Assembly: GCA_016926075.1 (NCBI GenBank)
Contig: JAFGPG010000057.1
Location: 1-60,347, forward strand
Length of the DNA: 60,347 nucleotides
Direction: 5' to 3'
Source: Methanomassiliicoccales archaeon
Lineage (GTDB): Archaea > Thermoplasmatota > Thermoplasmata > Methanomassiliicoccales > UBA472
This document shows positions 18,532-28,035 of this stretch, piece by piece (the stretch's first letter is position 1; each line of letters starts with the position of its first letter). The translations under genes were made by a program, and so were the position numbers. The notes below the pieces were generated by a model. It searched no databases and was not told the DNA's origin. It saw nothing but the letters and a program-made list of their open reading frames with translations.

Positions 18532-19386
18532 ATGGAGATGATCGATCTCAAGGTGGCCCTGAAGCAGACGGGGGCTCTCACTGGCCGGGAGCTCAAGCAC
18601 TGGTACAGGATCAAGATACAGCTGGTACTGGCGTTCGTACAACCCCTGTTATGGCTGGGACTGTTCGGGCAGGCCTTCCGCCTGGACGCCCTGGCGGGGG
18701 GAATGGGCGGAGGGATGCCAATAGAACTGGCCTTCGGTGGCGCCCCCAACTACTTCAGCTACATGGCCGTGGGCATGCTCACCGTCATAGTCCTGTTCAC
18801 CTGCACGTTCTCGGGACTGTCCATCGTATGGGACCGCCGCTTCGGGTTCCTGAACAAGCTCAGGGTGGCGCCCATCCCCCGGGGCATCATTCCCATGTCC
18901 AGGGTCCTGGCGGCCGTCACCCGGGCGCTGCTCCAGGCCATGGTGGTATTGGTCATTGCAGTGGCCTTCCTCTACGTACCGGGACTGGTGGGGCTGGATA
19001 TCACCAACTCCTCGTTCGGTGCCATGGACCTGCTGACCATGCTGGGGATACTGCTACTGCTGTCCCTGGGCTTTGCGGCAATATTCGTGGCCATCGCCCT
19101 CACCATCACCAACCAGGACGTGCTGATGGGCGTGGTCAACCTGTTGAACCTGCCCATCATGTTCACCAGCGCCGCGCTGTTCCCCACGGCCATCATGCCC
19201 GACTGGCTCAGATCGGTGGCCAACTACAACCCGCTGACCTTCGCCGCAGACGGGCTGCGGCAGGTGTGCTTCGAGAACGCGGTCTCCATCCATTCCCTGG
19301 GCTTCGACGTCCTTGGGCTGGCTGTGTTCTCCCTCATCTTCGTGGCCATTGGGATCGTGGTGGCCATCAAGGTCCTCAAGTATTGA
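18532..19386 (+). CDS. ABC-2 type permease (DrrB-like)
   Basis: WDRRFGFLNKLRVAP, MPDWL...NPLT, multiple TMs. Confidence 0.9.
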   Translation: MEMIDLKVALKQTGALTGRELKHWYRIKIQLVLAFVQPLLWLGLFGQAFRLDALAGGMGGGMPIELAFGGAPNYFSYMAVGMLTVIVLFTCTFSGLSIVWDRRFGFLNKLRVAPIPRGIIPMSRVLAAVTRALLQAMVVLVIAVAFLYVPGLVGLDITNSSFGAMDLLTMLGILLLLSLGFAAIFVAIALTITNQDVLMGVVNLLNLPIMFTSAALFPTAIMPDWLRSVANYNPLTFAADGLRQVCFENAVSIHSLGFDVLGLAVFSLIFVAIGIVVAIKVLKY

Positions 19387-19448
19387 GCCAAACGCCTTTC
19401 CTCCTTTTCCACCAATCTTTATCTTGAACCGTCATCATTCATTGATGC

Positions 19449-20378
19449 ATGGTCCACCATGTCCATGCAGGCAGGCTCGTCCACACCTATTCCATCATCG
19501 CCAGGGACGAGAGGACAGGGGAGATAGGGATAGGAGTGCAGTCCCACTGGTTCTCGGTGGGCACCGATGTGCCCTGGGCCCTGGCCGGATTAGGGGCGGT
19601 GGTCACGCAGTCCTTCACCAACCCGGCTTTCGGGCCTGAGGGGCTGCGACTGCTCTCGGATGGCCGCTCCCCCAAAGAGGCCGTGGAGACCATGGTCTCC
19701 AATGACGAGGGGCGGGACTTCCGGCAGCTGGCCCTGATGGACGCCCGGGGTAACGCCCACGCCTATACAGGACGCAGATGCGTGGCCGAGGCAGGGCACC
19801 TGTGCGGTGACAATTACTCCGTCCAGGCCAACATGATGCTCAACGACTCGGTGTGGGGGGCCATGGCCGACTCGTTCGAGTCCTCCGACGGGCCGATAGC
19901 GGAGCGTATAATGAACTCACTGGAGGCGGCCGAACGCGCCGGGGGCGATGTCCGGGGGAGGCAGAGCGCCGCCCTGGTGGTGGTACGAGGTAAGAGCACC
20001 GGAAAGATATGGAGGGACCGTGTAGTGGACCTGCGTGTGGACGACCACAGGGAACCCTTGAAGGAACTTAATAGACTTCTGCGGGTGCACCGGGCCTACG
20101 AGAGCATGAACGCCGGGGACGCGGCCATGGAGAAGGGGGACATGCCCTCGGCGTTGGAGCACTATTCGCAGGCCGAGACCCTGTACCCGGAGAACGAGGA
20201 AATGGTCTTCTGGTTCGCGGTGGGGCTGGCCAACAATGGGCGCTTCGAGGAGTCCGTTCCCCATTTCGAGCAGGCCTTCGCCAGGAACGCCCACTGGAAA
20301 TTGATGGTCCCGCGCCTGCTGCCCAACGGACTTCTTAGAATGAGCCAGGAGCAACTGCGGCTGCTGCTTGGCCGGTGA
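19449..20378 (+). CDS. DUF1028 (Ntn-hydrolase-like) protein with C-terminal TPR
   Basis: HTYSIIARD, GAVVTQS, GGDVRGRQSAAL, DLRVDDH; TPR-like helices. Confidence 0.88.
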   Translation: MVHHVHAGRLVHTYSIIARDERTGEIGIGVQSHWFSVGTDVPWALAGLGAVVTQSFTNPAFGPEGLRLLSDGRSPKEAVETMVSNDEGRDFRQLALMDARGNAHAYTGRRCVAEAGHLCGDNYSVQANMMLNDSVWGAMADSFESSDGPIAERIMNSLEAAERAGGDVRGRQSAALVVVRGKSTGKIWRDRVVDLRVDDHREPLKELNRLLRVHRAYESMNAGDAAMEKGDMPSALEHYSQAETLYPENEEMVFWFAVGLANNGRFEESVPHFEQAFARNAHWKLMVPRLLPNGLLRMSQEQLRLLLGR

Positions 20379-20383
20379 AAGGA

Positions 20384-20584
20384 TCAAGCTTCCTTTTCCA
20401 GAACGATGTTGCCACTGAGCAGGTTGATCTCCTTGACCAGCACATTGCTCAGCTCCAGCCTCTCTCCGACATCGTCCACGATGGTCAGTCGGTCCCCCTC
20501 CTTGATCAGCCTCACCGCGTTCGACACCAGCTCCAGAACCCCATCCTTGGTGGACATGTAGACCGTGGAACCGCTCATGACCAT
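20384..20584 (-). CDS. CooT-like small protein
   Basis: STVYM...DDVGERLEL...KEINLLSGNIVL resembles the CooT fold; start uncertain (20578/20584/20599). Confidence 0.6.
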   Translation of the reverse strand: MVMSGSTVYMSTKDGVLELVSNAVRLIKEGDRLTIVDDVGERLELSNVLVKEINLLSGNIVLEKEA

Positions 20585-20621
20585 GGCATGCCCTTGCATG
20601 ATAAATACAATTACGGACCGG

Positions 20622-21077
20622 TCAGGCGAACTTCCATTGGGCGTACCTGCCCTTCTTCTTGGACGGAGGGACGATGTCCCCCTGCATGGTGAAGATGTAG
20701 CGCACCGGCACCCGTTTCCGCGGCCCGGTCCAGTAAGGGCACTTGGTACATTTGAACCCCAGCTCCACCGTTCTGTCCTCCAGGGTCATGTTGTGCAGCT
20801 CCTCGGTGGGCGAGGAGCACACCGGGCAGCGGCCCTTGCGGCTCATATCCCTGGTCTCGCGGTACTGTATGGTGACCCTGGCCAGGTTGCGGAGCAGGGC
20901 CATGCGTCTCAGGCGCACCTCCCCCACCCTGTACTCGGGATTCTTTTTCTTCAGGTCCTCCAGCACCAGCTCGGTGAACCGACGCTGGGAAGGGATGCTC
21001 TGATGTTCCCGGATCACCCTTCTTATCGAGTCCTCGAGGACCTTGGGGGAGGGTATGCGGTAGACCATCCGAAACAA
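20622..21077 (-). CDS. Basic hypothetical protein with Zn ribbon
   Basis: CPVC...CTKC pair. Confidence 0.7.
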   Translation of the reverse strand: MFRMVYRIPSPKVLEDSIRRVIREHQSIPSQRRFTELVLEDLKKKNPEYRVGEVRLRRMALLRNLARVTIQYRETRDMSRKGRCPVCSSPTEELHNMTLEDRTVELGFKCTKCPYWTGPRKRVPVRYIFTMQGDIVPPSKKKGRYAQWKFA

Positions 21078-21201
21078 ATCGGTAAGTGGATACTCAAAAC
21101 TTTGCTAGATAGATCCCTGCACTCCCTTCGCATGTCGAAGATGTCCATTCCGATGGACCGTTGACATCATTTATTGCGGTGGAACCTCATGAGAGACCTA
21201 C

Positions 21202-21792
21202 ATGACCGGGGACCGAATAGAGGTGGACAAGGACGGAAGGGAGGCGTTCTTCGTGGAGATCGACGACATCTGTCATATGCTGATCCCCCCGCCTCGGAAC
21301 GCCTTCTCCACCAGATCCTACGTATACATGGGGCAATCCGTGGTGGACAGGCTCCTGTACCACTTCAGACAGGAGAGGGGGTTGGAACGCCGGAAGCATA
21401 CCCTGGTACTTCTGATGCCTCCGGAAAAGATCACCCCCGGCCTCTCCCACAAGTGCGAGGCGGCCATGGACCGCTTCACCTCCACCAAGATCAAGGATAA
21501 CCTGAACCAGATGGCCGCCATACGTCGGCGCGGCCTTCTCATGCTACCCTACGCTCTCCTCTTCCTGGTGAGCTTCGTAGGTCTGGGGGTGCTCTTCGGC
21601 AGCAACGTCATCACCGAGATACCGCCTGTGTGGGCCTCGGTGCTGAGCGAGGGTTTCTTCATCATAGGGTGGGTGGCCATGTGGGGCCCCGTGGACAATC
21701 TTCTTTTCGGAAGGTTCCCTCTGCGGGTGGAGAACAGGACCCTTCGCGCACTGGCAAAGACGAGCATCGAGATCAGGCCGCGCCGGGACTGA
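21202..21792 (+). CDS. Hypothetical membrane protein
   Basis: Two C-terminal TMs, SEGFFIIGWVAMWGP. Confidence 0.75.
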   Translation: MTGDRIEVDKDGREAFFVEIDDICHMLIPPPRNAFSTRSYVYMGQSVVDRLLYHFRQERGLERRKHTLVLLMPPEKITPGLSHKCEAAMDRFTSTKIKDNLNQMAAIRRRGLLMLPYALLFLVSFVGLGVLFGSNVITEIPPVWASVLSEGFFIIGWVAMWGPVDNLLFGRFPLRVENRTLRALAKTSIEIRPRRD

Positions 21793-21903
21793 TGCGGGAG
21801 GGAGGACCAAATACGCATTCCGAGGTGGCAGTGCATCCGATGGTTAGGAACAGGGCAGGGAAACTGTATTATCGAAGGCCACGATGTCTGTTGGGGTGTG
21901 AAC

Positions 21904-23262
21904 ATGAAGAAGAGCAAGATCGTCATCATGGGCGCCGCTGGACGCGATTTCCACAACTTCAACACCTATTTCCGGGACAACGAGAAGTATCACGTGGTGG
22001 CCTTCACCGCCGCGCAGATTCCGAACATCGAGGGGCGCTGCTACCCGGCCGAGCTCGCCGGTAGTTTGTATCCCAAGGGCATCCCCATCATGGCCGAGGA
22101 GGACCTCCCGACCATCATCCGCAAGGAGAAGGTGGACCAGGTGGTCTTCGCATACAGCGACATCTCCCACGCCGAGCTGATGCACAAAGCCTCCTGGGTG
22201 CTATCATTGAGGGCGGACTTCCGGCTGATGGGCAACAGCCGCATCGTGCTGCGCTCCAACAAGCCGGTGATAACGGTGTGCGCAGTGCGCACCGGTGCCG
22301 GTAAATCGCAGACCACCCGCCGCCTGTGCTCCATACTGCACGACCGAGGCCTGAAGGTGGTGGCCGTGCGACATCCCATGCCCTACGGGGACCTCACCAA
22401 GCAGGCCGTGCAGCGCTTCGGGGACTACGCCGACCTGGACAGCCACGATTGCACCATCGAGGAGCGGGAGGAGTACGAACCGCTCATCGACAACGGCATC
22501 GTGGTCTATGCAGGCATCGACTACGAGCGCATACTGCGGGAGGCGGAGAAGGAGGCGGACGTCATCGTGTGGGACGGGGGCAACAACGACCTTCCCTTCT
22601 TCGAGAGCAACCTGCACATCGTCATGGCCGACCCCCATCGTCCCGGACACGAGATATCCTATTACCCCGGTGAGGTCAACCTGCGCATGGCCGACGTGAT
22701 CATCATCAACAAGGTGCAGACCGCCGACCGGCGGAACATCCTGCGGGTCAAGGAGAACATCGCCAAGTACAACCCCAGGGCCACGGTCATCGAGGCCGCC
22801 TCCCCCATCAAGATAGACGACCCCTCCCTGGTCAAGGGGAAGCGGGCCTTGGTGGTGGAGGACGGTCCCACGCTCACCCACGGCGAGATGGCCTTCGGGG
22901 CGGGGACCATCGCCGCGGAGGACAACGGCGCCCTGGACATCATAGACCCCCGTCCCTATGCCATCGGGTCCATTAAGAAAGTGTACGAGGAGTACCGGCA
23001 TCTGGGCCACATACTCCCGGCCATGGGCTACACCGATGAGCAGATCAAGGACATGGAGGAGACGATCAACAGCGCCGATTGCGACGTGGTGGTGGCTGGC
23101 ACCCCGGTGGACCTGCGAAGGGTGATGAACGTGAACAAGCCCATCGTGAGGGTGCATTACGAGCTGGCGGAGATCGGGAAGCCGTCCCTGGAGGACATAG
23201 TGGAAAAGGAGCTAGGGCCGATACTCAACGTCTGCCACGGGGACTCCTGCCGGGTCATCTGA
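21904..23262 (+). CDS. COG2403 P-loop protein (cDPG synthetase-like); probable arginine synthetase ArcE
   Basis: IMGAAGRDFHNFN, AVRTGAGKSQT, VRHPMPYG, TIEEREEYE, WDGGNND, EDGPTLTHG. Confidence 0.8.
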   Translation: MKKSKIVIMGAAGRDFHNFNTYFRDNEKYHVVAFTAAQIPNIEGRCYPAELAGSLYPKGIPIMAEEDLPTIIRKEKVDQVVFAYSDISHAELMHKASWVLSLRADFRLMGNSRIVLRSNKPVITVCAVRTGAGKSQTTRRLCSILHDRGLKVVAVRHPMPYGDLTKQAVQRFGDYADLDSHDCTIEEREEYEPLIDNGIVVYAGIDYERILREAEKEADVIVWDGGNNDLPFFESNLHIVMADPHRPGHEISYYPGEVNLRMADVIIINKVQTADRRNILRVKENIAKYNPRATVIEAASPIKIDDPSLVKGKRALVVEDGPTLTHGEMAFGAGTIAAEDNGALDIIDPRPYAIGSIKKVYEEYRHLGHILPAMGYTDEQIKDMEETINSADCDVVVAGTPVDLRRVMNVNKPIVRVHYELAEIGKPSLEDIVEKELGPILNVCHGDSCRVI

Positions 23263-23289
23263 GAACGCCATCCGTCAATCACGTAGCTG

Positions 23290-23757
23290 TCAGCTGCGGA
23301 CCTTCAAATATCCTCTGGTCGCCGGCATCGTCAGCATAACGGATATGACGGCGCCGATCGATATCGTGAAGTAGGTGGCCGCGAAGTCAAGGCCGATGAG
23401 GGTTCCCTCAACGGCAAGCCAGATGATCAGGGTGAGCATCATCAGGACGCCCCCGGTCCAGGACCAGTGCAGACCGGACCGTTCGCTGATGGCCTCTAGG
23501 AACAGCTCCTTCCTGGTCAGTGAGCCGTATGCGAGCAGGAGGCCGCCGATCCCGTAGACGAAGAACAGGAACAGCCCGACAGGCAGGAAGCTGTTGAAAG
23601 GCATGTTTTCAAGCAGCTCGGAGGTGAACCCCATGCTCTCCCCCGAGGGGTCGGCCATGAGCATGGCTCCGCTCACGATGCCTAGGAAGCCGAATAAGGT
23701 CAGGAAGGCGAACAGAACGGTCACGCTCGCCGGCCTCTTGGCCTCTGGATAGTGCAT
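23290..23757 (-). CDS. Hypothetical 4-TM membrane protein
   Basis: DPSGESMG...PFNSFLPVGLFL pattern; hydrophobic helices. Confidence 0.75.
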   Translation of the reverse strand: MHYPEAKRPASVTVLFAFLTLFGFLGIVSGAMLMADPSGESMGFTSELLENMPFNSFLPVGLFLFFVYGIGGLLLAYGSLTRKELFLEAISERSGLHWSWTGGVLMMLTLIIWLAVEGTLIGLDFAATYFTISIGAVISVMLTMPATRGYLKVRS

Positions 23758-23960
23758 GCGGAGTGATTATATCGAGTCGGATATAAAATCAATGGGACCC
23801 CGACGCCACCAGGGGACCGATGCCCGTCCCCAACGAATCAAGGGGGCGCCCGATCGACCCTGGTGTTCACGGTCCATCGATAACCATTTCCTCAATTCAC
23901 AAACGCTGAGGAAGGACATGGTCTCCAGACCTCTCATCAAACCTCCTCATGGCATCCCCT

Positions 23961-24155
23961 TCAATGCCAGTACCTTCTTCTGACCGAGTCCCGCTCAGAA
24001 CGGGATCGAGCGCGGCGTTCCTTCTCAAGCCACACCCGCTGGATGGCAGTTCCTCCGCATAATGGATAGCGCTCCGGCTTGAACTCGTCCTCCGCCTCGA
24101 AATCGCGACCGCATTCACAGTGCCAGATTATCTTACGGACCTTGGACCTCGTCAT
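23961..24155 (-). CDS. Small Zn-ribbon-like protein
   Basis: WHCECGRDFE...RYPLCGG; purine-rich SD-like sequence upstream; divergent from pirin. Confidence 0.5.
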   Translation of the reverse strand: MTRSKVRKIIWHCECGRDFEAEDEFKPERYPLCGGTAIQRVWLEKERRARSRSERDSVRRRYWH

Positions 24156-24218
24156 CGCCCTTCAAAGGATGGTCAAAAGGCGATTTATTCATATCCCTGC
24201 CGCTCCAATAGTGCCATC

Positions 24219-25073
24219 ATGAGCACCAGCAGAGAGGTAACGAAGCTCATGACCGGTAGGAGGACCAGCGATGGTGCGGGCGTCAAGCTCAACAGGATGT
24301 TCAGCGAAGGGGAGGCCGAAGACCTGGACCCCTTCCTGCTCCTGGATATGTTCGGGTCGGACCGATCGGAGGACTACGCGGCCGGGTTCCCCACGCACCC
24401 TCACCGGGGCATAGAGACGGTCACCTACATGCTGGACGGCTATATGGACCACCGGGACAGCCTGGGGAACCAGGGGACCATCGGCCCAGGGGATGTGCAG
24501 TGGATGACCGCCGGCAGCGGCATTCTGCATGAGGAGATGCCCCGCGGCCCCGGTGGGAGCGCGCGCGGGATACAACTGTGGGTGAACCTTCCCAGAGCCA
24601 GCAAGATGATGCCACCCCGGTACCGAGCGATACTCGCGAAGGAGATACCGGTGGTGGACATGGGCCGCGGCTCAGTGATCAAGGTCATCTCCGGGGTGTC
24701 CGAGGGGAAGATGGGGCCGGTGAGGGACCTGGCGGTGGACGTCAAGTATCTGGACGTGCATCTGAGCTCCCGGACCGTGCTGGAGCATGAAACGGAGGGG
24801 GACAGGAACGCCTTCATCATGGTCTACGAGGGCTCCTTCGATATAGGGGCGAACGCCCCGGTCACCGTCAGGGCGGGCAACGTCGCGGTGTTGGGGCCAG
24901 GGGACACGGTCAAGGTGTCGGCGGGGAAGAGGCCCTCCAAGCTCATCTACGTCTCCGGGCGGCCTCTGGGGGAACCGATCGCCTGGGGAGGCCCCATCGT
25001 CATGAACTCCAAGGAGGAGCTGGAACAAGCCTTCCTAGAGCTGAAGAAAGGCACGTTCATCAGGGATGCCTAA
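24219..25073 (+). CDS. Pirin family protein
   Basis: DPFLLLD, GFPTHPHRGIETVTY, WMTAGSGILHEE, QLWVNLP, GPIVMN. Confidence 0.93.
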   Translation: MSTSREVTKLMTGRRTSDGAGVKLNRMFSEGEAEDLDPFLLLDMFGSDRSEDYAAGFPTHPHRGIETVTYMLDGYMDHRDSLGNQGTIGPGDVQWMTAGSGILHEEMPRGPGGSARGIQLWVNLPRASKMMPPRYRAILAKEIPVVDMGRGSVIKVISGVSEGKMGPVRDLAVDVKYLDVHLSSRTVLEHETEGDRNAFIMVYEGSFDIGANAPVTVRAGNVAVLGPGDTVKVSAGKRPSKLIYVSGRPLGEPIAWGGPIVMNSKEELEQAFLELKKGTFIRDA

Positions 25074-25299
25074 GGAAAAGGTCACATCTGGTCATAACGT
25101 CCGTCGCTCATCGATGTGGATGACCATGGTCAGGCGTTCGAGCCTCGCTCGGTGCGGACCAGCGATGTCATCATCGGCAGTGCGAGAACCGTCAACGACC
25201 ATGGGCGCTCGAATATCCTTATAGCGATGGAAAACGTTGAAAGAGGAAGGCCTCATCACCGTGAAGGGTCGGGGGAATAGGCGGGGGGGCGTTACGGGT

Positions 25300-26586
25300 T
25301 TGGAGAAATGGTCTTCCAAATGGGCGTTCATACTTGCGGCCGTCGGGTCGGCAGTAGGGATAGGCAACATCTGGCGCTTTCCCTCGGTGGTGGGCCAGAA
25401 CGGCGGAGGGGCCTATTTGCTGCCATTCCTGCTGGCCGTGTTCGCCTTCGCCATCCCCTTGATGATACTGGAACTGAGCGTGGGGCGCCGCATCAAGCTG
25501 GACGTCGTCTCCGCCTTCGGCTCTATCAAGTGTAAGTTCAGGGCGTTCGGATGGCTGATATGCCTGGTCCTCTTCCTGCTCCTGAGCTATTACCTGGTCA
25601 TAACCGGATGGACGCTGGCCTTCGCGTTTTTCTCCTTGATAGGCGCGGAGATGACCTTCTCTTCGTTCGTCTCCTCCTATCAGCCCGTGGTCTTCTTCGT
25701 CATCTGCGCGCTCATCACCGGATCGGTCGTCTCACTGGGGGTGAAGAAGGGCATCGAACGCATCACCTCCATTCTGGTACCTTTCTCGATGATCATCCTG
25801 GTCGTAATGGTGGTCTATTGCGCCACCCTCTCCGGTTTCGCCGATGGCCTCGACTACCTGTTCACGCCGGACCCCTCGGTGCTGGGCGATCCCGGGCTGT
25901 GGAGCGCCGCCTTCGGTCAGGCCTTCTTCTCCCTATCGGTGGGCATGGGGGTCATGCTGACCTACGGCATGTATCTGGGCCGGGAGGTCAGCGTTCCCCG
26001 CTCCTGCCTGGCCATCACCCTGGCCGATGTATCCGTGGCGCTAATGGCCGGCCTGGTGATCTTCCCTCTGGTGTTCACCTTCGGGCTGCAACCGGCCATG
26101 GGTGCGGAGCTGGCCTTCACCGTCCTTCCGCAGGCCTTCGACCTCATCCCCCTCGGCCAAGCACTGGCGGTGGCCTTCTTCCTGCTCCTGTTCTTCGCCG
26201 CCCTGACCTCGGCCATATCCATGCTGGAGGTGAACGTGACCACCATCATGAAGGAGACCAGCATGACCCGCGAACGCACCAGCCTGTTCCTGACCGCAGG
26301 TACACTGGTCGTCGGGATCTTCCCTTGTCTAAGCTACACGGGGGCGGGCCTTCAACTGTTCGGGGGCAGGATACTCGACCTGATGGACAACACGGTCGGC
26401 ACCCTGGGTCTGCCCATCACCGCCATCATCATCTCCCTGGTCTTCTCGTGGTGCATTGAGAAGAGGGAACTCGCCGCGGAGATCCCGGGGAGATGGTTCC
26501 CCGTGGTCCTGTTCACCACCCGGTACCTGGCACCCGGCATCCTGGTCATGGTGACCGTGATCTCGATATTACAATTCCTCCTTTGA
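25300..26586 (+). CDS. Sodium-dependent transporter (NSS/SNF family)
   Basis: WSSKWAFILAAVGSAVGIGNIWRFP, NGGGAYL, QAFFSLSVG. Confidence 0.93.
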   Translation: MEKWSSKWAFILAAVGSAVGIGNIWRFPSVVGQNGGGAYLLPFLLAVFAFAIPLMILELSVGRRIKLDVVSAFGSIKCKFRAFGWLICLVLFLLLSYYLVITGWTLAFAFFSLIGAEMTFSSFVSSYQPVVFFVICALITGSVVSLGVKKGIERITSILVPFSMIILVVMVVYCATLSGFADGLDYLFTPDPSVLGDPGLWSAAFGQAFFSLSVGMGVMLTYGMYLGREVSVPRSCLAITLADVSVALMAGLVIFPLVFTFGLQPAMGAELAFTVLPQAFDLIPLGQALAVAFFLLLFFAALTSAISMLEVNVTTIMKETSMTRERTSLFLTAGTLVVGIFPCLSYTGAGLQLFGGRILDLMDNTVGTLGLPITAIIISLVFSWCIEKRELAAEIPGRWFPVVLFTTRYLAPGILVMVTVISILQFLL

Positions 26587-26758
26587 CATCCATGCCTGAG
26601 CACTTATGTTGGAGGCCGATGCCACGGTATGGAAGGAAATAATATCTGACACGAATCGCATCAGACGCACACGGTCCAGAACACACTTGCGATCGGAATC
26701 GACCGTCCCGGCACGCACGAATAAAATTATTATGCTGATTCCGCCATGGACGGAGCAC

Positions 26759-26842
26759 GCGGGGGTAGCCAAGCTTGGCCAACGGCGCAGGACTTAAGAT
26801 TCTGTCCTTAGTGGTTCAAGGGTTCGAATCCCTTCCCCCGCA
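26759..26842 (+). tRNA. tRNA-Leu (UAA)
   Basis: Acceptor GCGGGGG/CCCCCGC+A, anticodon arm CAGGA-CTTAAGA-TTCTG, long variable arm, GGTTCGAATCC T-arm; CCA not encoded. Confidence 0.95.
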
Positions 26843-27090
26843 CTTCCACGATTTGAATACATTTTCGATACCAAACCAATATCTACATCATTATTGAACA
26901 TCGACTTACGATCGATGGATCGGCATTGTACCACAGCTCTTTGTATAAAATAATTGATAATTAATTATATAAAAAAACTTAAGAATCAATGCTGATCACC
27001 ATAAGTGAAACAATAATAATTTCGAATAACCAGCTCTACGATTTGAATGTTCCCCACTATCACGAGAGCATCGAGATCCTATGAATCGAC

Positions 27091-27837
27091 TCAGATCCGC
27101 TCAGGAGGAACGTGATCGGGCCGATAGGATTTAAAATACTCAATTCCCATTTTCTTCATTCTCTTCTCTACTGCGGGGTATAGTATCAATTCCTCGATCT
27201 CAAAATCCTCAAATGCCGGTCTGATTTCCCTCAGTCTGGTTCTCAACCTCTTCACGTTCTCTAATGGGCTGAAGCTGATCATGCACGCAGGATGCACGCT
27301 CACCCCATTTCTGGTGAGGTTATCGAGAGCCTTAAGCTGCAACTGGAATCCCTCTGGTCGCGCATCGGTCAATCTGGCGAACTCCTCCTCACAAGTACCC
27401 TTCAAGCTCACTCGCACATGGAGGTTATGATGATTGGAAAGGTCGCGAGCGAACGCGGGGTCCTCCCCGATAAGGATCCCGTTCGTCTCAAGGATGAAAA
27501 GATATTCTTTAGGGATGAGGTCGAGGACGCGGAGAAGATGCTCTCTCCCGATCGTCGGCTCGTTACCACTTATCCTCATCTGCCGATAGCCCTTGCTCTT
27601 AGCTATGGCAATGAGCCGTTCTGCCACCTCATCCGGGGAGAAAAGGCGACCATACTTCTGAGGGTTCGTGACCTCCCTCCAAGACCAACAGAAGATGCAC
27701 CTCAGGCAGCAACCGACGCAATCCGCCGTGGATATTCCCCCATAGAATCGTGCCGACCTGAAACGATGGTACGATCGCTTGTCATCCCTGCACACGATGC
27801 TTTCAGTTTTCCTAGCCATCTCAAGCGGATCGAACAT
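27091..27837 (-). CDS. Radical SAM protein (predicted Fe-S oxidoreductase)
   Basis: GCCLRCIFCW (CxxxCxxC), RISGNEPT, FILETNG. Confidence 0.88.
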   Translation of the reverse strand: MFDPLEMARKTESIVCRDDKRSYHRFRSARFYGGISTADCVGCCLRCIFCWSWREVTNPQKYGRLFSPDEVAERLIAIAKSKGYRQMRISGNEPTIGREHLLRVLDLIPKEYLFILETNGILIGEDPAFARDLSNHHNLHVRVSLKGTCEEEFARLTDARPEGFQLQLKALDNLTRNGVSVHPACMISFSPLENVKRLRTRLREIRPAFEDFEIEELILYPAVEKRMKKMGIEYFKSYRPDHVPPERI

Positions 27838-28035
27838 CGGTTGTACTAGGTCGACTGTGAAATACAATACTTATCCGATATCCAGTTCAACCGTTATGGA
27901 TCAATATCGGCCGAGATATTGTCGTGTATGCTCAAAGACGGACCTATCAACGATCAGCACATACCCGCCTTTTCTCTGAGGCCAGCTCCATGCCCTGTTG
28001 GTATGGATACAAACTAATAGACGATATGCGACTGC

